A stretch of DNA of 64,000 bases from Haliotis rubra (taxonomy: Eukaryota), in contig NW_025767179.1 of NCBI RefSeq assembly GCF_003918875.1, forward strand, positions 1,364,001 through 1,428,000, written 5' to 3'. The notes below the pieces were generated by a model that saw nothing but the letters and a program-made list of their open reading frames with translations, made no database searches and was not told the DNA's origin. The position numbers were made by a program, and so were the translations under genes. Within the stretch, counting starts at the first letter, position 1, and the number at the start of each line of letters is the position of its first letter. Positions 50,801 through 61,616 of this stretch are shown here, one piece after another.

Positions 50801-53098
50801 TGGTTCAGCATGTGATTCGTCTCTTTCGCGGAGTGATACACAGGCCACTGTAACCTCAATGAGGACGTATCAGTTGTGACGTTAAGAGTTAGATTAAAAC
50901 ACTGTTTGTCATGAAAAGGATATGTAAGAAATATAGACGGTCACACAAGTGCATTTAAACCCGAAGATATCATTGTAGGAGAGAAACAACTCGTTGATTC
51001 TCTAGTACCATATCTTTTCGTTCAATACATAATGTGGTGTGACGTTCTATATAGATATTTCCAGATTCATAATTTAGTTATTTAATATAGCTAATGTGTT
51101 GGTTTTTTTACCCCAGATGCATTCAGATTGACTGTATAGTTGCAGTGCGCGTTGAGTGTACAGACATGTTTTCGATAACTGGCGTGTTTGTAGTTCAGGT
51201 GTAGAAATCACAACATGTATAGCAAGATATGTTCACATTAGTATAGAAATACTTAATATGGCAAACAGCTATAAAGCTTCGCTAATGGTAAAGGTTAGGG
51301 TTAGAATTCGTCTGCAGCTTCTCATATTATAATGATTGTTGTGCGGGGCAACCAACGGGATCGAGGCATCAGACTTGCTGATGATGCCGTTGTTTCCAAA
51401 CTGCTCAGCTCGATGCTTATGACAGTAATCATTTTTCTGTAGAATAAATTGCTTCGCCTAAATACAACGCGAATATGGCAAGACGTTTTCACATTTATTA
51501 AGAAATTACTGATATCTGTGTTTTAAAGACATCTATTATATTCTTAGATATAAATACTGTGTTTGAGATATCAGTAAATAATTCAAGATACTTTTAATTA
51601 ATTTCTCATTTTCAGAAGAATGACTTATATCTTAAAATGTTACTGAGATATAAGATATTTCTCGATATCACGAAGTTTGTTCAAAATATCAATAAAACAA
51701 TTGTCATCGTATGGTACAAATTCACATCAGAAATTGATTCAGGATAATTTTAACTTCAATTCGAGATATATGGAAAAATGTTTACATATCCACAAATGCA
51801 TTACAGATATCAAATCGTTACATATTACCTTTAAGTCAATTAGAGATATATTTAACCCTACCGTTACTGATATCAAAAAACAAATTGAAAATATCGTTGA
51901 TAATTTTGAAGATATCTTCATGTTTTTAATATCTGTAATATAAGTGACAGGAAAGAACGGCAAACGAATTATCCCGGTCCACAAAAGGGAGAGAAATTAT
52001 TTACAGATATCTTAAGTAATGCCGGCTACGATTTCTTCAGTTCCTAACTGGCGGTAAACGGGAACGGGTGGGGGCACGTTGAGAGTAGAGAACCAGCGAG
52101 AAGTCATTTCCAAAGGACAGTTATCGCCCTTCGTAATATAAAAATCATTAAAGATATCAATCAGTAATTAAGGTTATCTGTATCTAGCTAAAGGATATCA
52201 GGAACTGACTGATATCATTAAAAAAGTGAATTCATTAGTGTGCTTCATTAGTGTGCTTCATCACATTGCTTTCGTGATATCATGAATTGTATTGCAGATA
52301 TCTATAATTGTCCTTTTTCGAGACATCCCGAATTCTTTTCACGACATTTCCAAAACCATTTCAAGATAGCGTGAATGCACTGCAAGATATCAGTAATTTC
52401 AAAATACATGTGAGAACGACTTGCCATGCACACGTAATTCATTTGCAGTGTGCCCAGCCAACTGTTACTGTGTGCAGGGGTCTTGTATCCAGTGCAGAAC
52501 AGGCTTCACGGGAGATAACTGTCAGCTTCAAGGTGAGATGTGATCAACTTGTACTTACTAATGACATTAATTCACTTTTTAATGATATCTGTGAGCCAGT
52601 TCCTGATATCCTTCAGTTAAATACAGATAACATTAATTATTTATTGATATCTTTCATGATTCTCGTGGCCGTTTCTTATCTACAAGATCTAATGTATGCG
52701 TATTTCAGAACCTCCTAAGGACAACAAACCAACGACTGGCTATGACGTGCTGACGGCGGTTCTCACTGGGGTAGGTCTGCTGCTGGGGGTGACCTTGTTG
52801 ACACTCTGTGTTGCCTGCTACATTTGTCAGGCACAGAAGCGATCGAGACGAGCAAGCGTTGGCGTTGGGGATGGGGGGAGGTGTTGCCCCAGCATGCGCG
52901 CCATACACCCTAAGAGAGTCAGCTGAGCAAGAACAGAGATGTGACAATTCACCGAACAGAGCATTATTTCTGCCATCTTATCACGTTGCTGCCGCTCCTC
53001 CTTCGTATGACTCCATCTTCTGTGAGATATCACGTGACACAAGAGAGTCACGGCGTGCATGCAAGCCACCTTCTTATGAAGCAATTCACCATGTGTGA
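47894..53098 (+). CDS. Small single-pass membrane protein with EGF-like (MEGF/CED-1/SCARF-type) repeats and PY-motif cytoplasmic tail; +1 frameshift in last exon as assembled
   Basis: Exons 47894-47963 (signal peptide MSTVTSLWAMLLVASRAVVTQDT), 48590-48850 (CDPGLYGRDCSLQCPANC..GCRHGWYGSRCNTRC), 52449-52532 (CPANCYCVQGSCIQCRTGFTGDNC) and 52709-53098 (TM VLTAVLTGVGLLLGVTLLTLCVACYIC). The LPSY/PPSY/PPSY tail lies in the +1 frame after G-runs at 52867-52878. All junctions are phase 1. Confidence 0.8.
49400..50810 (-). mobile_element. Tc1/mariner DNA transposon, near full length, degenerate transposase
   Basis: TIRs ctgaaccgcaaaagaaacgtc / gacgtttcttttgtggttcag. Minus-strand fragments FSDES, MVWGAI, YIDQVIRPH, FQQDNACAHT and DLSPTEQIWDEI. 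Confidence 0.88.
51475..52427. mobile_element. Non-autonomous DNA transposon with ~42-bp TIRs and many internal GATATC motifs
   Basis: atggcaagacgttttcacat...aaattactgatatct pairs with agatatcagtaattt...atgtgagaacgacttgccat. Confidence 0.72.
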
Positions 53099-54308
53099 CT
53101 TCAATATTGATGCTTGGTAAAGTTACCGGATTACAGTTTCAAATTCAACTGAACATTCGTGCAATATGATATTGATATCTTTTCTTGCACAAAAACTTAC
53201 AGGCTACTGGCCTATAGCAGATTCCGTATGAAACAATTGTGTAGAAAATATTTTGAGTGGTTATATATGCTGATTTATCATTTAGAAATCTGCTAAGAAT
53301 CTTAATACAATGACATTTACAGGCGACGTGAATTCATTGCACTTAAATGTTGAGACACTATAGCTGGAGATACAGAAATTGTGGCAAATGTGTAGCAAAT
53401 TCAAAGCACACAATACCTAATGTGGGGATTCGAACCCGAGTACAATACAATGAGTGTATTCTTACGTAAGTGAGTAGCCATTGATAGCTTTTGTAATTTT
53501 ACTCCAAAGTGAAGAATGGACACTGTTCATTCAATTTGTTTATTGTTTGGACATGTACAACGAAAAGTGACGCAACTCCTTTTGACTTTCTATTACATAT
53601 ATAAATAATCCTGATCGGATTCAACGTATTCGTCACAAATGAAGAGGCGACAACGATATGATCCGTGACTTCATATGATTCGTATACACGGACCTTCTCA
53701 AAGGCTGCATGAACGCTATAAAAACTATTATTAGAAAGAAAGGGAAAGAGAGTAAGACATTTTGATCGCTTTTTTGAGATGAAATGTCTTTGAAGAAGTG
53801 TTTCCATGCGGCATTACAAACACTGGAATCCTATAATAACATCCGTGACCTGCCATTGGTTGCTTGCATGTCAGCGCACCCGGATATGATATGAGGCATG
53901 TTGATATCAAGCTCTGGTTTGCCTGACCCAGATTTACTTCTTTACAGACCATAAAGAAATATACATCCGTGCTTGATGGTCCCTCAAATATATATAACAT
54001 CCAGTCTTGTCTATCCTCAAAAACATAAGGTTTGGTGTAAAGTAAAAAACTGATGTGAACATTTTATAAATGGATCACTAAAAATCAATGATAACACCAG
54101 GATTTCGAAACTGACATAAAATGTTAATTCAATGGTGATGTGTTTCATGCGGGTCTCACGGTTGTTTTTTGGAGCTTGGACCAAGCAAGTTTCGACCTTT
54201 TTTCTGCCTTGTAATGTTTTGTCAAATATAAAAAATATAATAATTTGCCCGGCAGGGTATTTCGAAATCTGCAACTATAGCTCAAAACAAGGAACCAAAA
54301 TAGAGCAA

Positions 54309-57300
54309 TCACGTTCTAATGAAGGCAGTAGCTACTTGGAGTCCTGGTACATTGGCATTGTCATAGGTTTGGATTTTTATTTGGTGTCCCCTAAAGTTGA
54401 ACCGACAGGCTCCCCCAGGACGTAAAGCAATGCACAAGGTGTACACGGCAATATCGAACTCGGGGGACACGCCTACAAACATGGTGCCGACATTCTTCCG
54501 TCTTCCTTTCCACGTAAACCGGGCCGAGAGGACATACGGCTGAAACAGACACAATGTTTTTGACTTGTGTGTCACAATCAAAACACTTTTCAAATTATTC
54601 GCGTTATTTTAACTAAAGTAATCCCCAAACACCATTTGTAAACTGTCTCTGTACGTCAGTGTATATTCAAACTTGACAGACGGCTCAAATTGAATCTATC
54701 TGAAGATCCTCTGCGCTGGTAAATACAAGGTTCTTAAACATGTCTGTGGACATGCGTACCGTCAGAGACGTTATGCAATGATAAAAACGACAAAGCCCAG
54801 AAACGAGAGGGGGGGTTTGTCAACTTTGTGTGCGTTACATCCCTTTGCATATTAATATGTAGATGGCTATCAGTGAACGAGTGTTGTACCTAGGACGTAT
54901 TATTTTCAGCAATACAAGTCCCTGTGCTTTCCACAATGATAAGAGTCATTGAGTTGAGTTATAAGCTACTTTTAGCAATATTCCAGCAACACTTCACGCG
55001 AATAATAACATTGTACCCACTTTGGGAATTGAACCCGATCCTTAGGCGTGACAAGGGAACGCTGAAATCACTAGGCTACGTTGCGTAGATATACGAAATA
55101 TCCTTTGTACAAGTGTATTAATAATATAATAGACCATTTATATAGCGCCTTTCCTCGTCACAGGGATATGCTCTAAGCGCTTCCTGAGCTCAGTTAAAGC
55201 TACATACAGATGACAGGTACTGATGATTAAAAGTCATTTGTAGCGGAGAAATAGATGATTCTTGGGTCGTGTTTTGAATGTTCTTAGGGAAGGAGATGAT
55301 GTTAACTCGATTGGGAGAGAGTTCCACAGAGAAGCTGCTGCATATGAAAACGTATTTAGATTATAGGTCGGGACAGCGAGTAACAGTTGTTGTGATGAGC
55401 GCAGAGTTCTTTCTGCAGAGTAGTGTGTCAGTAGGTCTTGAAGGTAGGAGGGTCCTGAGTTGTAGAAAGACTGATAGGTGAGCCAGAGAATCTTGAAGTC
55501 AATCCTTTCACGATACGGAGCCAGTGTAGAGTGTTCAGGATGGGAGAGATGTGACACCGAGGACTGGTACATAAGAGTGATGATGCGTGCAGCTTTGTTC
55601 TGCATTTTCTGTAGACGATGAAGTTGGGATGAAGATATACCAAAAAGTAAACTGTTGCAGTAATCCAGGCGGGATAGAATCCGTGTCCGCACAAGACTGG
55701 CAGTGGCTTCAATCGTCGGGACTTTGCGGATGCTGCCGATGTTCTTCAGATGGTAGTGGCAGGTCTTTACTAGACCGGCATTAGTGTACCGACTATATCT
55801 AACGTATGATTGACCAATCACTCTTACATTGTAATGACACAAACGGTCCGCGAACATCATCACAAACACATGCAAAGTCAACCCAAGTGTGGGACCACGG
55901 GACCCACATATCTATTACAATCAGTTCAAGCAATACTGAGGCATTGACTGTTTTATATAACATACAATACAATGAGAATATTTATAACGCGCCTTTTCCA
56001 GGCTAGACAATCAGCTCAGCGCACAATCTGATCATTATTACCCCGGATAATCCAAGCTGCCTTTTAGGCGCCAGAAGGTTAATAGTCTCATGACTTATTT
56101 CACCGGGTACCTATTTTCTGCTGGTGATCAAACTACTCTTGAGCAAGCATCGTATGACTCTCTTTGAAGTAGAGAAGCTTTAACATTACTTGACGTAAAG
56201 GAATCCTTTGTCAATTAGAACCTTCACATCTATAGAGAATAAAGGCCGAATCCGACAATCATTATTACTCAAACACAATCTGTATTACTCTGTATTAACC
56301 ATTGAGTGATGGAACCAGTCAGCCTGCAGCACAACTCTGCCATTTATACCTGCAATTCTAGTTTACAGTATCCTAATTTACCTCCAGCTTGGTCAAGTAT
56401 CCTTCATAGTTTAAGCGACCCTGCTGTTCTTCCATGTACAGCTGTATCCAGTTATGGAAGCCCGTCACTCTGTTCCCTTGTAGTTCCCCAACCATCACGT
56501 GTTCAAACCCACTGCTGCTCACCACACCACGTGACCTTCGAGGGTAAAGGTCAAACCAAAGTGTTTTCAGCAGGTTCTTTAAGCCGTTGTTTGTGTCTGT
56601 AATCACTCCTGAAACATAAGGTGTACAAATTTAGTTGTAAGTTAATTTTCAAAAAATAATTTTGCATATGTGCGTTGATGGTGTATATAAGTGAAAAACG
56701 ATGAGAATACCGTGAATACCGCTAATACTCCTCGTTGCGTATTAACACAAAGTGTGAACATCGGTTTCTACTTGTATGCCCCCATCGATGTATGGAAGCA
56801 TAAACGTAATAACGTGTGATTAACAGACAGCAAATATCTTGAAGACACTTGCAATTATGATTTTAACATCATCTATGACAGTCCCGCATTGTGCTGGCAT
56901 GTTAGTTCTCAAAATATTCTTCTTAATATCGGTTATGCCTTTGGGTTTTGAAAAAGGAGTCTTATAGTGGTCGATATCCGCCTGGGGACGTTTATGGAAC
57001 AACCACTTGCAACACAACACCGTCTTGCTGAACCATACCTCATAAGGTCCGGGACAGATTATACCCAGTGGACAAACTGAATTCTGTTAATGGGCATCAA
57101 GTGGTCACGAATGGCTAATTAACCAGGCTAGTTGTATATCATCATATCCCAACGGTGTGACTAGCGGCCCATGCTGTCAAGTTGGCTGCAAGGTCTGAAC
57201 TTGCATATGCAAACCGTTGCAATCTAGCTGGACTAGCTGACCGTGGTTGACGTGGACAACGTTTACGGGAACTCACCTCGCTGCGCTAGATATTCACGAA

Positions 57301-60300
57301 GGATGGACATTGTGTCCGTAGCTACAATGCCATCGAGGAAAGCCTCGGTTTCACGCCTCTGGCTCGCCGTCAGAGTCTCCTTCACATGCACATTGGGGTC
57401 GTAGTTGTCAAGGAGGTTGATAAACAGTCTGTATGTGTCTCTGTTGAAGAACTCGTGGCTGATATTGTTGAACAGACTGGAAATACAATAATCACAGAGG
57501 CATTAATATACAGAATGTCCATTTGCAAATAAATGCTTCAGCATCACTGAACTCCTGAAAACATATGAAATTCCATGTAAACCTGTATTGTTTGCTGTTA
57601 GTGCCATCGAAGAGGTACACTCTTTGTCTCTAGTTTGGTGATCTACCTTCAGTTGATGGCGATCTATAGCCAGTTTTTATATTGTATTGTCTAAATAGTG
57701 CTATTAGTTTTAATTTTCCACACTAGTTTTAGTTGTAATTTTGATATTCTAGTTGTTTTTCTGTGCTTCGTCGACAGATTTTTATAATATACATCTATTC
57801 CATTTCAATGTCACATATGTTCTCGTCACGATATGGCTAAATATTGCCGATGTGACTTTAAATAATAACTCACTCACTCACTCACATTCTTTGTTAATCA
57901 TGTGTTTCAAACGTGTACGTGAAAGGAAAACTATATTTTGGCGTATTGTTGACGTGTACTAACGGATGAGCAGCCCTATCGTTTCTTTCACCGGGAGTAG
58001 TGTGTCCCTGGTAGTCTAGGTTCAACTCTGAGAGGGGCAGGCGGTTCACATCAGCTGACCACAGTGCGGACACCACTTCCGTCAGAGTAGCTGAAATACC
58101 ATTACAGTTGAGATCAAACACGATGTAAGATAAAGTAAACTATTAAAACAATTGACATAAATAAATTATTCTTTTGAAAGATTTTCCAAAACCTTCAAGG
58201 CGATGGTGTTGTAGTAGTTCGCCGCCACACGGGAGGCCAGGGTTCGATTCTCGACGTGGATACATTTGATGAAGCCAATTCCCTGTGGTCTGTGATCTTA
58301 ATGGAATATTGCTAAATGTCACACAGCCATATGCCCAGACAGACAGACAGATATTTTATTTAAGTCTCACCTCATGTAAAAGTACAGATATATACACACA
58401 TATTATACATAAAATGAGGTACTCTTAAGGGTTATGAGAGACTATTACATAGAAGTGATATATATGATAAAAGTAACAATATGAAATTAGCCGTATAAAA
58501 GATGTTTTCTTCTTTGAAGTATATAAAAGCAGTACCCACGTACTCGATCCAGTAAGCTCAAGTAAGACACAATTGGCATTGCGTGAGTGAGATTGGTTTG
58601 TACAACGCTTTCAAAATTATTCCATTTTCATTATGCGTGGTAGACTTGTCCAAGCCATACGTGATGTAGGTAGTGACCGTTTTCACAACGATGGGGTTTA
58701 CAATCGTTCTTAACATCAGCGTTTAACCCTTATCCAACTCAGTCGCTTAATGGGCCGGACGGGTAACCTTGTGTATATAATCACAAAGAGCGGGAGAAAC
58801 TTGTAATCAGTCACTCAGGTGACCTACCGTTAGAACTGATGGTGACAAGTGTTCTGTTGCTTTGTGTTGCTACAGACACAACTCCCCCCGAACACAGATC
58901 CATGTAGTCGTGACAACAGTCGCCATGCTGCTGACACTGGTCGTTACAGAAGCAGTTCCCGACTCTGCCTACCGTACACTGACCAGAACACGACCCCAAA
59001 GTCCGAGATGTAGCTGCAACATTGAAGGTGTCAAAAACACATCAACAACTCCAATACAACCATACATCAATGTGTGAATACCTTGTCTCAGCAAGGAACG
59101 GGCTTCATAACTGGATACAGTTGTACAAGGAAGAACAGCAGGGTCGCTTAAACTGTGAAGGATACTTGACTGACTGACTGACTGAGTTTGGTTTTACGCC
59201 GCTTTTAGCAATCTTCCAGCAACATCACGGCGGGGGACACCAAAATGGGCTTCACACATTGTACCCATGTGAGGATTCGAACCCGGGTCTATGGCGTGAC
59301 GAGCCAACGCTTTAACCACTAGGCTACCCCACCGCCCCGAAGGATACTTGAACAAGCTGGAGGTAAAGTGGAATACTGGAATAGTCGTTAAAAAAGGAGA
59401 TTGTATTTCGGGAGACTTCTGGGAGTGATATTCACAGGGTTGATATGGTACACTGCCGGTCTGTTTATCGGAGATGTTGTAGAAACAAGGTTAAATCTTA
59501 TAAGAAGAAGGCGGCAGCTGATCTGTCACTTCTGAGTAAAACAAATATTAAACAATTTTGGAAGAAAGCTAAAGGTCATAACAAAAAGTCAACTAGTATT
59601 AGCAATTGTAATTTTGAGGACCATTTTTAGAATTTGTTTAATCCTGAGATACTCCCGGAACGATACTCTCAGAGAAATAGATCTTGATGATGTACAAGTG
59701 TGGATAGAGGACTGACTGACTGACTGAGTTTGGTTTGGCTGAAAAATGGTCCTATAATGGTTCACCTCTTGAGGTAATCAATAATTTTAAATATCTTGGT
59801 TTAGTATTTTCAACAGGTGGCAGTTTTTCACAAGCTCAGAAAATCCTATCAGAACAAGGTTTGAAGGCACTTGGTTCATTGTACAATATATTCAATGATA
59901 ATGCGTACATTACTCCAGATATTCAGTATCAGTTATTCCAATCAGTTGTTTCTCCGATTCTCTCATATGGTTGCGAAGTTTGGGGCTTTATGGAAGCTAA
60001 TGCTATCGAAAGGGTACACTTGAAATTTATGAAACACATATTATTTGTCAAAATGTCAACTCCATCAACTTTCTTATTAATCACAAAGTGGACACTAAAG
60101 CAGCTGTCTGTTTACCGAGTCTTGACCAGAGTGTGATCAACACACCACGCCGCCTCTGTACGGCATCATTCCTCTGGCCCCTATCCCCCTAGCCCGCTGT
60201 TGTTACAGGCGACTAATTAGTAGCTCTAGCCCCACGCCTGGCTGTTCTGTTAGCTGTACTCACTCCCCTGTAACTGGATTAACTGCTACTATTAATTAAC

Positions 60301-61187
60301 ACAACTCAGGTGTTGGTGCTCGTTAGTTACTCGTTAGCTACCGGTACTCGGTATACATAATAGAGAATCACGGCTCAGTGACACCAGAATTATTCTACAG
60401 GAACTCATGCTTGTCGTAAGACGCAGGGTTTGGTGGTTAGGCTCGCTGACCTCATCGACGCATGTCACCATCTCTCATTTGCCTAGATCGATGCTCAAGA
60501 TTTCAATCACTAGTTGGCTTGGCCCAGACTCGATTATTTACATTTATTCTTCATATCTTAAATATTACCGACTCCGGGGTAGAACAGCAATAACGAGCAA
60601 CAATGAAGGCCTATGAATCAGTTTAACTTCACCCCATAAGCGCCATATCAATGTCAGCTCTGAAGACATGAGTGGGACACTGGTCGTCGAGACATGGAGA
60701 CTAAGGCTTAGTCTCTGAATATATGGATAGTAACAAACAAGCCCATTTATATGAAAAGCCAGGGAGACCAGAGATTCAGGAACCTGTCTAGACTTGCTTT
60801 ATTTAGGGCTTTAACTGAGAGAGGAGCTTGGCAAAAATATGTGGTTCTGACAGACTAATGGCCATCGTACGGTCACCGTTAATGACTAAATATGACTGAC
60901 CTCTCCTTTGCGAAACCTGGATAGTACAAGCATCTTGGTAGTCATAGCAACAGTCTCCATGGCGACGACAATGACTGTTACAGAAACAGTTTCCGACCCT
61001 CCCAGCGTTACAACGACCGCTACACGATTCAGCAGCTGGGATATATAATAGTATATTCGTGACATATAGTATAGCTAAAACATCACCACATATACTTAAT
61101 ATACAGGGTGTTTGTAAGGCAACACTATCGACCGGGGTCCATTAAATCAAATACCTGCACCACCCATTGTAATTTTATCTGTGACAC
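54309..61187 (-). CDS. ENDOU: Poly(U)-specific endoribonuclease (EndoU/XendoU family) with two N-terminal somatomedin-B domains; 5' (signal peptide) exon not identified
   Basis: Exons 61187-61155 (putative 33-nt micro-exon), 61035-60901 (SMB1 SCSGRC..CFCNSHCRRHGDCCYDY), 59013-58828 (SMB2), 58090-57964 (LWSADVNR), 57476-57277 (FINLLDNY), 56608-56382 (SSGFEHVMVGE, GFHNW) and 54539-54309 (K..GTMFVGVSPEFD). Phases are consistent. Confidence 0.92.
54951..55078 (-). mobile_element. Degenerate SINE family 1 copy
   Basis: ttttagcaatattccagcaa...cattgtacccac...gggaattgaacccg...cactaggctac. Confidence 0.65.
55125..55790 (-). mobile_element. L2-group LINE 3' fragment (5'-truncated)
   Basis: ORF 55234-55881 contains LSRLDYCNSLLFG, LQKMQNKAARII, RIDFKIL, RTLRSS and FSYAAASLWNSLP. 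The 3' end ...gcgctatataaat is typical of L2. Confidence 0.85.
59092..59381 (+). pseudogene. Inverted partial duplicate of the EndoU catalytic exon (3' half plus donor), interrupted by a SINE
   Basis: cgggcttcataactggatacagttgtacaaggaagaacagcagggtcgcttaaactgtgaaggatacttga[SINE]acaagctggaggtaaa matches the minus-strand exon sequence at ~56465-56375. Confidence 0.9.
59170..59338 (-). mobile_element. tRNA-derived SINE family 1, full-length with 13-bp TSD
   Basis: gaaggatacttga at 59157-59169 and 59339-59351. Confidence 0.93.
59400..60075 (+). mobile_element. LINE remnant (L2/Crack/Daphne-like) with the RT core deleted
   Basis: Pre-RT peptide KQFWKK..FEDHF and post-RT peptide LEVINNFKYLGLVFS..VSPILSYGCEVWG..IERVHLKFMKHIL, joined at ~59710-59735. 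Confidence 0.72.
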
Positions 61188-61371
61188 CTGAAAAATGTTA
61201 TAGTAAAACATTGGACGGACTTTGATCCACCTGCTGGTTCACGGGATTATAACATTCTTCCAAGCCGCTTTAACAATATTCCAGCAAAATCACCTGAAAT
61301 AACACTTTATAGGTGTAGGAGATTTGGGGTTAGCATATGCCCCGGCACGCTATGCTTGTTGTAAGGCTCGG

Positions 61372-61616
61372 AACCCGTGAAGGTCCGGGTTAGGATATTG
61401 ATCTTCAACCCATGCTTGTCGTAATAGGCGACTAACGGGATCGGGTGGTCAGGTTCGCTGACTTGACTGACACATGGCATCGGTTCCAAATTGCGCAGAT
61501 CGATGCTCATGCTGTTGATCACTGGATTGTCTGGTCCAGACTCGATTATTTACAAACCGCCGCCATATAGCTGGAATATTGTTGAGTGCGGCGTAAAGCT
61601 AAACTCACTCACTCAC
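61372..61616 (+). mobile_element. SINE-like family 2, full-length with 12-bp TSD
   Basis: tgtaaggctcgg at 61360-61371 and 61617-61628; the element starts at AACCCGTGAAGG. Confidence 0.92.

Noticed and set aside
55234-55881. Host gene for the longest ORF (215 aa)
   Set aside because: It is an L2 LINE ORF2 C-terminal remnant inside the last EndoU intron.
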